Source: Candidatus Bathyarchaeota archaeon (GTDB taxonomy: Archaea; Thermoproteota; Bathyarchaeia; Bathyarchaeales; Bathycorpusculaceae). Taken from it: a stretch of 64,000 nt of DNA. The notes beneath the pieces are model-generated. The model was not told the origin of the DNA. It was given only the letters and a program-made list of their open reading frames with translations, and ran no database searches. Shown here piece by piece: positions 19,028 to 28,292 of this stretch. The stretch spans positions 320,001-384,000 of the forward strand of contig OY970280.1 in assembly GCA_963715865.1 (NCBI GenBank), read 5' to 3'. A program made the translations under genes and the position numbers. Within the stretch, counting starts at the first letter, position 1. Every line of letters starts with the position of its first letter.

Positions 19028-20218
19028 TTATTCACTAGTTTCAAGATATTCAGCCAAAGACTTTTTCCACGTAACAGGCGATGAATTAAAGGCGTCCTTA
19101 AACCGAGAATAAACCGTTTCATCGGGGTTGACAATGGTGAAGTGCACTCTTTTTTGTAAATTGCCTGACAATCCCAGCCGCAGAATGGCTTCAGTACCAA
19201 AATCGGTGGACGGAAAGCTATACCCAATTATTACAATCTCCCGAGAAACGGCAACTTGAGTAATCGCCCGGTTCCAGAGGTACTTAAGTGGGTGCATTGA
19301 ATAGTCTTTTGCCAATAAAGGCGGAACTATCACTCTTTCAAGATAAATGTTTGACTGGTTGCATGTTGGACAAGTCTTCGGTTTTATCGAATTCCAAGCG
19401 CCCATTTTCTCCGAACGCGTTAATAAATAGGAATTGCAATAAGAACAATGCAACCAATTCAATGAACCATGCAACTTAAGCATAGCTACTTGCGACCACT
19501 TGCTTTCTGGGCTTTCCCAACTTTGTTCGCTATACACTTTATTAAATGGTAAAAAATAACCAGAGTCCGTTAACTTTCCAGATTGCCTGAGTGCATTATC
19601 CATAAGCAAGTCGTAATTAAAACTGATTACCGCATCGCCTTGTTCCAAAGAGTCTGCCAACTTCAAATGTTCTTGACAAACTTGTCCCCTCAGTGCTTCT
19701 TCAATTGTTATTGCTACCAATTCTAGCAACGCTGGAAGCGAATCATCTACATAGAAATTTGAACTATCTTTTCTCGGATACCCATACAATGAGGGCATAG
19801 GCTGAAAAACTTCAGTCTGAAGACTAAGCTGGGTCATTACTTTTTCAAGGCTAAGACGTTTGTCGTCTAAGAAATCCAGAGTTTTCCTACCCTTCTCAGT
19901 ATTTATCCAACCTTTCATGAAGGATTCTTGATCGAAACTAAAGTCATAGCCATAAAGTCCTTGCAGAGTAAGTATCATATTTTGAATTGTTAATAGAAAG
20001 TTAGGTTCTACATTGCCGCTAAGCAGGACTTTCTTAGCCATTCTAAAAAAGTCATTGTCAGTGGGACATTCAAGACCAGGTATTTGGGATACGCTCTGTT
20101 TGAAGTTTTTAGAGCAGCCAGCACCTATTATCAGCAGTTTATGACCACTCATATTCCTCATATGATCATTTAAAAACTTGTATTCATCTTGCAATCGGTT
20201 GGTCAGTTGTTCAAGCAT
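19028..20218 (-). CDS. SIR2-like (SIR2_2) NAD-binding protein with zinc ribbon
   Basis: IGAGCS, SFNYDLL, LKLHGSLNW, CSYC...CPTC, IVPP, IGYSF motifs. Confidence 0.85.
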   Translation of the reverse strand: MLEQLTNRLQDEYKFLNDHMRNMSGHKLLIIGAGCSKNFKQSVSQIPGLECPTDNDFFRMAKKVLLSGNVEPNFLLTIQNMILTLQGLYGYDFSFDQESFMKGWINTEKGRKTLDFLDDKRLSLEKVMTQLSLQTEVFQPMPSLYGYPRKDSSNFYVDDSLPALLELVAITIEEALRGQVCQEHLKLADSLEQGDAVISFNYDLLMDNALRQSGKLTDSGYFLPFNKVYSEQSWESPESKWSQVAMLKLHGSLNWLHCSYCNSYLLTRSEKMGAWNSIKPKTCPTCNQSNIYLERVIVPPLLAKDYSMHPLKYLWNRAITQVAVSREIVIIGYSFPSTDFGTEAILRLGLSGNLQKRVHFTIVNPDETVYSRFKDAFNSSPVTWKKSLAEYLETSE

Positions 20219-20278
20219 TTGATTGCCCTTTAATAAATAGGGCTTAGGTCATTTATTGGTTTTCTAGAGTATTCATTT

Positions 20279-20320
20279 CTGAAAGCCTACGCCTTTGGCC
20301 ATGCTCGGCGACCCCTGCAC
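20279..20320 (-). repeat. Intron-less 5' half of tRNA-Leu (att-like remnant)
   Basis: Sense GTGCAGGGGTCGCCGAGCATGGCCAAAGGCGTAGGCTTTCAG equals the spliced 5' half with one substitution and one extra T; no 3' half follows. Confidence 0.85.
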
Positions 20321-20473
20321 TTAACGGACTTGCTGTATCAAAATTAATTCTTAATGATAAATACGTTACCACTAGCATTTTTTCGACATGTAAGTATGCC
20401 TCTCGCGGTTAATTTGGTAAAAAGCTTAAATCTTTACTGCAAACAAAAAAGAACAGTGCGGGCGAAAGAGTTT

Positions 20474-21085
20474 ATGGGCGTTGGCTGGAAAGAATGGAGT
20501 AAAAGTGACGCTATCTATGGAATTCTAGTTCCAGTAATCGTAGTTTTGGCAATTGTTGGCCTCTCCAGATTAGGTTCCGTTTTAGGGTTTGACTCCTATG
20601 GCGTCGTAATAGGAATCATCATGGAGCTTGAAGAGTTAACTGTTATTGCTGTGGTTCCGCTTTTGCTCGGGTTAATTTGGAACCGCTGGGCAGGCGGAGC
20701 CGCGGGCTTTTTGATGGGCAGCCTCTATGCCTTGTATTGGGCAGACCAGTTTGGACAACTAAGCACTTTAGGTTTTCACGCGAGTGCAGGCATGATTTTG
20801 CTAGGGTATGTTCTAAGCGCTATGCTTATTGGTTATATGGCTGGAGCATTGAGCAAGCGTTCAGAAGACTTACGCAGAATGATTATCTCCGGAGTAACCG
20901 CAACAACCATCGGGGGACTGCTGCTTTTCGGAGTTTTCCAGCTTTCGCCTGCAAACGTTGTGACGGGGTTAGATGGCTTTCTGCTAACTCTGCTTCCGCG
21001 AATCGCGTGCGGAGCTATTATTCCAGTCATAGCCAAAGTATTCTTCTGGTACGGTGTAGGCTTAAACAAAAAAGCAAATTCATGA
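20474..21085 (+). CDS. Six-TM membrane protein (ECF S-component-like)
   Basis: Six hydrophobic segments, Gly-rich WAGGAAG; start set at ATG 20474. Confidence 0.65.
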   Translation: MGVGWKEWSKSDAIYGILVPVIVVLAIVGLSRLGSVLGFDSYGVVIGIIMELEELTVIAVVPLLLGLIWNRWAGGAAGFLMGSLYALYWADQFGQLSTLGFHASAGMILLGYVLSAMLIGYMAGALSKRSEDLRRMIISGVTATTIGGLLLFGVFQLSPANVVTGLDGFLLTLLPRIACGAIIPVIAKVFFWYGVGLNKKANS

Positions 21086-21103
21086 CCTTGAGGCTGTTCA
21101 TCC

Positions 21104-21391
21104 CTAAGCTTTGGCTTTCTTCAGTTTTTCAATTATCTTTTGAGTTTCTGCTTCTGATGGGTGCGTGATGGCGCCGGCAGGACAGATATCTTCACAACCT
21201 CTACACATAACTACGCACGCATTTTGGTTTTTTACAACCGTTTTCTTTTTTCCATCTTTCTCTTCGAATCCGAAAGTTCTCATGTGACAGAAATCTACGC
21301 ATTTTCCGCAACTGATGCATTTTTCATAGTCTATGCTTGGATACCACGGTATCTTGTTTCTTGAAATTCCTTCGTATGATTCTTCAGACAT
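21104..21391 (-). CDS. 2x[4Fe-4S] ferredoxin
   Basis: CISCGKCVDFC and CVVMCRGCEDICP motifs. Confidence 0.9.
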   Translation of the reverse strand: MSEESYEGISRNKIPWYPSIDYEKCISCGKCVDFCHMRTFGFEEKDGKKKTVVKNQNACVVMCRGCEDICPAGAITHPSEAETQKIIEKLKKAKA

Positions 21392-21545
21392 TAGTTAGTC
21401 GCCTTGCTATTGCTCAGTTACGGACAACCGCATCTACTAGATCATGGATGCCATGACGCCTGATCTTATCAATGCTCTCGCAAAAGAAGCTTTTGAGCAC
21501 ATGACTTGCAGTTAACTACTGGCGGGGTACAGGCGCCGTAGGAGG

Positions 21546-21619
21546 GGCCGAGGCAGGGATTTGAACCCTGGCAAAAGGCTCCACAGGCCTCTAGGCTACC
21601 AAGCTACCTCACCTCGGCC
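21546..21619 (-). tRNA. tRNA-His(GTG) with encoded G-1
   Basis: G-GCCGAGG/CCTCGGC-C acceptor; GAGGC-CT-GTG-GA-GCCTT anticodon arm; GGTTCAAATCC. Confidence 0.95.
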
Positions 21620-22099
21620 ACGTTTCCATGCTTTTCCACGACTTCGACCGCGTCGCTTCGTTACATTCATAGCAAACACCTTATTTTCGTTTACGGAAGA
21701 TTTTGCGTGGTATAACATTGTACTTTTCAACACATGAAGGTGCGCATGTGAATTTCTTTTGTCATGAAGCGATTTCTCATCATTCCGAAATGTTAAAAAC
21801 CCTGAAACGTTAGGGTCATCACAAGAAATTAGCACAATGGAATCACAAAAACATCAACTGTTTCTATCTAGCTGACAAGCCCAAATTCAACTTTGAAAAC
21901 ATCTTCACGCTTTTTATTTTTTAAACATCGAGTTGACATCCGCGTAAAAACTAGGTAGAAACACCTTCTCTTAAAATTAGAAAAAATCAGTAATTTAGCT
22001 TTTACGAGACTAAAAAGCGTCGGAAGCCAGTTTTGGGAGGGGTCTCTCATGAAGACAACTAAATGAAGACTTTAAAGGATGTAAGCCACGTTTCTAGTG

Positions 22100-22198
22100 T
22101 TACGCTTTTGTTTTGAGTTCTAACCGAATGTTGTAAATAACAACAGCGAATGAAGCAAAGATTACTGCAAGTGAAGCTAAATCGATTACGCCAAACAT
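22100..22198 (-). CDS. 32-aa single-TM peptide MFGVIDLASLAVIFASFAVVIYNIRLELKTKA
   Basis: GGTGA RBS, TATA box at 22241-22248, one hydrophobic helix plus basic tail; below ORF-track cutoff. Confidence 0.6.
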   Translation of the reverse strand: MFGVIDLASLAVIFASFAVVIYNIRLELKTKA

Positions 22199-22240
22199 GT
22201 TTTCACCATTTTTATTGATACATAGTTGTATGCGCAGTAA

Positions 22241-22275
22241 AATATAAATCTACTTGTGATTTGTTCATAATTTTT
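22241..22275 (-). promoter_or_regulatory. TATA box plus shared operator TTGTTCATAATTTTT (copy 1)
   Basis: aatataaa at 22241; 15-mer at 22261-22275. Confidence 0.7.
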
Positions 22276-22396
22276 CATAAAAACTAAACATGCGTATAAA
22301 TCAAAACAGAAAATTTATATGCAAAAGACCAATATATATTGTTCTGTTTAAACAAAAAAATAGTTAAAATGAAAAACAACCGAGAGGTAAAAAAAA

Positions 22397-22633
22397 TTGA
22401 AAGCCTATATACTCTTAAGCACCAAACCCGGCACATCTTTGGAAGTGGTTAAAAGAATAAAAGAAAAAGTCAAAGAAGTCGTCGTTGCAGACGCTATCTT
22501 CGGTCGATACGACGCAATCATAGTGTTAGAGGCACCAGCACTTGAAAACATAAACCAAGTGGTTTACAAAATAATCGAAAAGGACCCCAACGTAATCCGC
22601 ACAGAAACATCCATCGTACTGTCACCGATGTAG
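22397..22633 (+). CDS. Lrp/AsnC ligand-binding (RAM) domain-only protein
   Basis: KAYILL...GRYDAIIVLEA...TETSIV; no HTH. Confidence 0.85.
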   Translation: MKAYILLSTKPGTSLEVVKRIKEKVKEVVVADAIFGRYDAIIVLEAPALENINQVVYKIIEKDPNVIRTETSIVLSPM

Positions 22634-22744
22634 CTTCTGGGCTCGAGCCGACGAGTTCCAATCATTTTTTTTGGCTCTCTCTAAAATTCTAAACTCTGAA
22701 AACTGAAAAAAACAGCGTAGGCGAGAAAAACAAATGCCTCTCTC

Positions 22745-23039
22745 TTAAACTGGTGAAGGCGCTGACGAATTGTTTTCTTCGATGCATTTTGGTCCTTTAT
22801 GAGCTTTAAGCACAATGGAGCTGACGGTGCTTTTTACACCTTTTATTTTCATTATCTTGTTCTTGAGTATGTCTCGAAATTCTTCTATGTCAGCGGCTGA
22901 AACCAGAGTTACGATGTCAAATTCTCCTGTAACTTCGTAAAGCTCTTCCAAGTGTTCTAATTGGGTGAGTGAAGATAGTACGCTGTCCATTTCTGGCGAT
23001 TCCACAAATATGTCCACGAATGCCTAGTAGCCTTGGCAT
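22745..23039 (-). CDS. Lrp/AsnC RAM-domain-only protein, apparent 1-nt frameshift near the start
   Basis: YEVTGEFDIV...GVKSTVS; ATG 23039 is 22 nt from the in-frame GTG at 23017. Confidence 0.75.
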
Positions 23040-23239
23040 AACAGGTCATCTTTTCCACTGAACATAAGTTCTATATATTTATACTTTACTCGCCATACAA
23101 GCAGAAATTTCATGTGTTTTAGACAACAATTGTATCACAAAAACAGTTTAAAACTAAAAATTTGATAAATCATGGTTGCTATGGGCATCTGGCATACTAA
23201 ACATTAGTTATGGCGAGATATTTCATCAGGCACTCACTG

Positions 23240-23692
23240 TTATCCAGAGAATCGGCTGTAGATGGAAGGATATTCTTTTATGAGTGCCAGATTGATTCGC
23301 AAGACGTTTACGTATGGGCTGCCAAAGATCCAAAGTGTTCCCTCCTGAGTCTGGTTGACAATATATGTTAACGAATCCGCAGGAATGCCAGTTGCGTTAC
23401 TTATTCTAGGTATTTGGGAATACGCGTCTTGAAGTGTGATGTCTGGGTCTACTCCTGAGGCTGAGTCGTTTCTTGGATGGAAGAAGATGGGCAGTGTGAA
23501 GTTTTGGGCTATGAGGTTTGACCCGACGGCTTTTCCGTTTAGTTGGACGATTTCGCCGTTTGCTTGGTAGGGAAAGAAAACTTGAGCTATGCCAGTGACT
23601 AAAAGGGGGAAGAATAATCCGCAGATTAAAAGCGAGATTACTGTCAGTCCTATGATCGGTTTGAAATTCCATTTTTCTTTGTTTTCTGTCAT
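23240..23692 (-). CDS. kdpC: K+-transporting ATPase subunit C
   Basis: FPYQANG, GSNLIAQNF, SASGVDPDIT, PYVNVLRINLAL. Confidence 0.92.
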   Translation of the reverse strand: MTENKEKWNFKPIIGLTVISLLICGLFFPLLVTGIAQVFFPYQANGEIVQLNGKAVGSNLIAQNFTLPIFFHPRNDSASGVDPDITLQDAYSQIPRISNATGIPADSLTYIVNQTQEGTLWIFGSPYVNVLRINLALIKEYPSIYSRFSG

Positions 23693-23704
23693 GGTTTATC
23701 CACC

Positions 23705-25891
23705 TTAAATATGAAACACTCCTACGAGTAGTAAGTCTATGAGTTTGATTCCCACGAATGGCACAATGACGCCGCCCACACCATAAATAAGGGTGTTTTT
23801 CAGGAAAAGCGTCATCGTACTTGTTGGCTTGAAAGCTATGCCCCGCATGGCAAGAGGAATCAAGAGTGGAATGATAATTGCGTTGAAAATAAGCGCCGAC
23901 AAAACTGCGCTTTTCAAGCCAAGGTGCAGCACGTTTAGGGCTTGCAGTTGCGGTATTGCCGCGCCGAACAAGACAGGCATTATTGCGAAGTATTTGGCTA
24001 CATCATTGGCAATGCTGAAAGCAGTAACCGCGCCTCGAGTCATGAGCAACTGTTTCCCGAGCATTACGACTTCTATTATTTTTGCCGGATTTGATTCTAG
24101 GTCGACCATGTTCGCAGCTTCTTTTGCAGCTTCGGTGCCAGAATTCATCGCCAGACCCACATCAGCGACAGAAAGTGCTGGGGCATCATTAGTTCCATCG
24201 CCTATCATTGCGACTATCCTACTTTCAGCCTGCTCCTTCTTGGCTATACTGAATTTGTCTTCGGGCTTGGCCTGCGCCACATATTCTTCGATTCCAACCT
24301 CTGATGCAATACTTTTTGCAGTGAGTGGTTGGTCTCCAGTTATCATGACTGGGCGTATTCCCATGACTTTAAGAGCCTGAATTTTTTCTTTTATGCCTTC
24401 TTTGAGGACGTCTTTCAGTCTGATTATTCCGATGGCTTCGCGGTTTCTTGCGATGGCTATAGGTGTTTCGCCCTCTGCAGATATTCCTTCTACGATGAGG
24501 TCATAGTTTGGAGGAACGGAAGCTACACTTTTTTTGATGGCTTCTGGAGCGCCTTTGACGATTTCAATTTCAGGTTCGATTCTTGAGGCAACTCCTTCTT
24601 CGGATACTATTGAGGATTTTCTTCTGATTCTCAGTCGGTCTCGTCCTGATTTGTCACCTTTTGGAAGCGTTAAGCCCATGTGAGTTATTTTCACTCCGCT
24701 CGTGCGAGTGCTGGCTGAGAACGGGTAAGCTTCTGAAAGTGCGAGAGAGTTCAGTTCTTTTGGTACGAAACCTTTCTCGTATGCTAGCCTTAGTATGCTG
24801 CGTCCTTCAGGGGTATCGTCGTTCCATGAGGATAGAAACGCTGCTTCCCCTACGTCTTCTTCTGAACTGCCCTCAAACGGTACAAACTCTATTGCCTGTC
24901 TGTTGCCAACAGTGATGGTACCCGTCTTGTCCAGAAGAACAACGTCTGCGTCACCTGCGGTTTCTATGGCTTTGCCTGACTTGGCAATTATCTTGTGTTT
25001 ATACAATCGGGACATTCCTGAAAGCCCAATTGCAGGCAGCAGGGCACCTATGGTTGTGGGAAGAAGGCAAACGTAGAGCGCGATTAGTACTGAAAGGTCA
25101 GCTCCAAGACCAAGCGTGACCGACATACCTAGCAAAGCAAGTATTATGATGGTGAAGATGGCGGTCAATCCAATCAGCACAATAGTTATTGCGACTTCGT
25201 TGGGAGTCTTTGGCCTCTTAGAAGATTCAACCATCTTTATCATTTGGTCAATGAAGGTCTCGCCAGGGTTAGTCGTAACCTTCGCCGTTAAAGTATCGCT
25301 TACCACTCGCGATCCACCGATAAGCGAGTCTCCAGGCGCCTTCCGAACTGGAGATGATTCACCCGTGACAAGCGACTCATCAACCATGGCAATTCCCTCA
25401 AGTACATCAGCGTCTAGGGGAACGATGTCGCCTTTTTCGATAAGGATGAGATCATCTTTTCGGAGTTCAGTCGATTTTACGGTAACTAATTTCCTCGTCC
25501 ATTCTTCCGTTACAATTTTTTTGCTGGGAACCTCGGTTTCCAATTTCCGTAAGGCGCCTGCTGTGCTTTTTGCCTGTTGCTCAGCAAGAGCGTCGGAGAG
25601 TGTGCTGAACCAAACTGTAATGAGGAGAATCGCGGCGACTTCAACGTAGAAGATTTGCAGACTGGGACTGGCTACCGGCACGAAAGCTTGTGGGATGATA
25701 GCCATTGCTGCCACAATAAAGAAGGTGATTTCAACGATCAGCATCACTGGATTTTTGAGCAGTGATTTAGGGCTTAAACGGACTACCGAATCGACCAGCA
25801 CTTTTCTAGAGAAAGCTGACCTCATTCCGCCAGGGGCTGATTCCTTTCTAGTTATGGTTGGTTCTAAAGTTTTCTCAGCATCAGAAGCCAT
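23705..25891 (-). CDS. kdpB: K+-transporting ATPase subunit B (P-type ATPase)
   Basis: TGES, CLLPTTIG, DKTGT, GDGTNDAPAL, FSIANDVAKYF. Confidence 0.96.
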   Translation of the reverse strand: MASDAEKTLEPTITRKESAPGGMRSAFSRKVLVDSVVRLSPKSLLKNPVMLIVEITFFIVAAMAIIPQAFVPVASPSLQIFYVEVAAILLITVWFSTLSDALAEQQAKSTAGALRKLETEVPSKKIVTEEWTRKLVTVKSTELRKDDLILIEKGDIVPLDADVLEGIAMVDESLVTGESSPVRKAPGDSLIGGSRVVSDTLTAKVTTNPGETFIDQMIKMVESSKRPKTPNEVAITIVLIGLTAIFTIIILALLGMSVTLGLGADLSVLIALYVCLLPTTIGALLPAIGLSGMSRLYKHKIIAKSGKAIETAGDADVVLLDKTGTITVGNRQAIEFVPFEGSSEEDVGEAAFLSSWNDDTPEGRSILRLAYEKGFVPKELNSLALSEAYPFSASTRTSGVKITHMGLTLPKGDKSGRDRLRIRRKSSIVSEEGVASRIEPEIEIVKGAPEAIKKSVASVPPNYDLIVEGISAEGETPIAIARNREAIGIIRLKDVLKEGIKEKIQALKVMGIRPVMITGDQPLTAKSIASEVGIEEYVAQAKPEDKFSIAKKEQAESRIVAMIGDGTNDAPALSVADVGLAMNSGTEAAKEAANMVDLESNPAKIIEVVMLGKQLLMTRGAVTAFSIANDVAKYFAIMPVLFGAAIPQLQALNVLHLGLKSAVLSALIFNAIIIPLLIPLAMRGIAFKPTSTMTLFLKNTLIYGVGGVIVPFVGIKLIDLLLVGVFHI

Positions 25892-27536
25892 TCGTTAACC
25901 CCCTGAAGAATGATGAAATTGGTCCAAGCGCCAAGAACGGGAAGAACGTCAATACTACGAGTATTATTATGCTGCCGACTAGAACTATTGTGAATATTGC
26001 GCTGTCGGTTTTTAGACCTGTGGTGCCGCCTCGTTTTCGCCCAATCATGGAGCCTGACAGTGCAAGCAAGATTGCAATTGGAGCGTAGCGTCCGATTAAG
26101 ATGACGATAGCGGTAGCTATGTTAAAGAACGGGGTGTTTCCTGAGGCGCCTAAGAAATCGGAACCGTTGTTCGCCGCCGCTGTCGTGAATTCGTACAGGA
26201 TTTGCGTGTAACCAACAGAGTTTCCACCGACCCCAATGGCTGCCACCGCGCCCGAAGCATACGCAATTACTGTAGGTATTAGTATTATGATGGGATGGAT
26301 TAGGAAAGTCACCATGACAAGCTTTACGTCACGGCCAGTAATCTTAATGCCCAAGTATTCAGGAGTCCTTCCAGACATTAGCCCGACGATGAAGACGGTG
26401 ATTATTATGTACATTACCATGTACATCAATCCCACCCCTTTTCCGCCTGGAATCGACTGAATGAACATTCCTAAGAAACCAGAAGTTATAACCAGAGGAT
26501 GCATGCCTGAGAGCGCGGAGTTGACGGACCCAGTTGTGGCAACGGTCGTTACAACGGTCCAGAAATTTGACATGAAGCCCCCGAACCTTGTTTCTATCCC
26601 TGTAGCGACCAGGGGGATATTGGGAATAAACGCTATAACTAAATTTATCCCGAAGAGAATGTAAGCGCCCCACAATAGGGGTCGAGCCTCCTTCTTTTTA
26701 CCCAACAATTCTCCGAATACGAAGATGAGTGCTGTGGGAAGTAGAAGCATCAAGGATATCATAAATATGTTCGAGTAAGGCGACGGGTTCATAAACGGGT
26801 AAGCGGCGTTGGCGCCATAGAATCCTCCGCCGTTCGTGCCCAACTGCATTATTGAATCGAGAGAAGCAACTGGCCCGACGAGGATTGATTGTGTTGTACC
26901 TTGCAACGTCGTTACTGCGGTGGAAGCGTTAAGAGTCTGTGGGATACCCATAACGACGAAGACTACCGAGGCTATGAGGCACAGTGGCAACAGTATTCTG
27001 GTTATGGTTCTGACGAAGTCTACGTGGAAGTTTCCCAAGTTTTTGGAGCCGACAATGAATCCGCGTATAAATGCTATACCCATGCATATTCCGGTTGCTG
27101 CTGAGATCCATTGTAGGAATTGGATGGCGGTCATCTGGCTAAATATGGATAGTGTTATCTCTCCGTTGTAGTGTTGAAGATTTGTGTTTGTTGCAAACGA
27201 GATTACGGTGTGGAAGGCTAGGTCCCAACTTAGACCTGGGAAGCCTAGAGGGTTAAGCGGCAATTTATCTTGAAAGACCAGTATTAGAAAAGCGATAACC
27301 ATCTGAGCAACGTTAAGCAGTAAGCCAGCAAGAAAATACTGTTTCCAACCCATCGAATGCTCTGGATCTATGCCGCATATTTTGTAAATGAAGTTCTCGA
27401 CTGGATTTAGTATTTTATCTAGGCGGCTTGGTTTTCGTTTAAAGACTCCGGCGATGTATGGCGCTATGAGCTTCGCTATGAGTATGGTTACTCCAAGTAT
27501 AAGGATGACTGATAACGCCTGAACTGCATCGATCAA
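25881..27536 (-). CDS. kdpA: K+-transporting ATPase subunit A
   Basis: SFATNTNLQHY, LGTNGGGF, YEFTTAAANNGS, GRYAPI. Confidence 0.96.
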   Translation of the reverse strand: MIDAVQALSVILILGVTILIAKLIAPYIAGVFKRKPSRLDKILNPVENFIYKICGIDPEHSMGWKQYFLAGLLLNVAQMVIAFLILVFQDKLPLNPLGFPGLSWDLAFHTVISFATNTNLQHYNGEITLSIFSQMTAIQFLQWISAATGICMGIAFIRGFIVGSKNLGNFHVDFVRTITRILLPLCLIASVVFVVMGIPQTLNASTAVTTLQGTTQSILVGPVASLDSIMQLGTNGGGFYGANAAYPFMNPSPYSNIFMISLMLLLPTALIFVFGELLGKKKEARPLLWGAYILFGINLVIAFIPNIPLVATGIETRFGGFMSNFWTVVTTVATTGSVNSALSGMHPLVITSGFLGMFIQSIPGGKGVGLMYMVMYIIITVFIVGLMSGRTPEYLGIKITGRDVKLVMVTFLIHPIIILIPTVIAYASGAVAAIGVGGNSVGYTQILYEFTTAAANNGSDFLGASGNTPFFNIATAIVILIGRYAPIAILLALSGSMIGRKRGGTTGLKTDSAIFTIVLVGSIIILVVLTFFPFLALGPISSFFRGLTNGF

Positions 27537-27592
27537 CTATTCCGAAACTCCAAAGAACATTTGTGCTCACTATGGCTCCTTTCCACTCCCAA

Positions 27593-27880
27593 CTAAGATG
27601 TTGATATGATGACAGTTTTTTCTTGGCACCTAGGTCCTTTATGCGGCTGCAATATAATAGTGCTTATGGTGCTTTTTACGCCTTTAATTTTCATGATTTT
27701 CTTCTGTAAAATATCTCGAAATTCTTCGAGGGTGGAAGTGGCGACTAAGGTAACGATGTCATATTCGCCTGCTACTTCGTAGACTTCTTCAATGTTATCA
27801 AGCTTTGATAGAGCCATCACTACGTTATCAATTTGCGATGATTCGACGAAGATATTGACTGACGCTAAAAACCGACGCAT
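27593..27880 (-). CDS. Lrp/AsnC RAM-domain-only protein
   Basis: YEVAGEYDIV; about 60% identical to 22745..23039; GGAGG RBS. Confidence 0.85.
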   Translation of the reverse strand: MRRFLASVNIFVESSQIDNVVMALSKLDNIEEVYEVAGEYDIVTLVATSTLEEFRDILQKKIMKIKGVKSTISTIILQPHKGPRCQEKTVIISTS

Positions 27881-28176
27881 GTTATTCCTCCTTTACACTA
27901 AGTGTGAACATGAAATTTGATGGCTGGCAAATAACATATGCAAAGCCTGCCAACGAAATAGAATACGTGTGAATGCTTTTCACGTTGAACATAACTATCA
28001 GCGATTCCAAAAGTTTGGGCTATTTATGGAACCCCTTCCGGTTCCCTTCTGAAGCCGTTAAAGTGGAAGGCCAAATCGTAGATACCTCTATATTTGGTGT
28101 AAACTGCGGAAAGTCATTTTCAAGATGTTGCATTTATAGGCCTCCATTTGACTTCGGTTAGTCATGCTGCTGCTGT

Positions 28177-28211
28177 TATATAAGGTTGGTTGTGATTTGT
28201 TCATAATTTTT
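28177..28211 (-). promoter_or_regulatory. TATA box plus shared operator (copy 2)
   Basis: tatataag at 28177; 15-mer at 28197-28211. Confidence 0.7.
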
Positions 28212-28292
28212 GGTAGAAAATGAACTAATTTTGAGTTTAAATTAGAAAAATTAGAAATATGGTTTGTCGTCAAAGTTATCCCTTACCTCAAA

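Larger units (their letters stand above)
18264..20320. mobile_element. 2-kb cassette bounded by direct repeats of the tRNA-Leu 5' half
   Basis: 18264-18297 and 20287-20320 match at 33/34 nt; two cargo genes in between. Confidence 0.75.

Noticed and set aside
20279-20320. Functional UCA-anticodon (opal suppressor or Sec) or split tRNA half
   Set aside because: The extra T does place TCA in the anticodon register, but no 3' half or complementary leader is in the window; a decayed att copy is simpler. A genome-wide search for a matching 3' half would reopen it.
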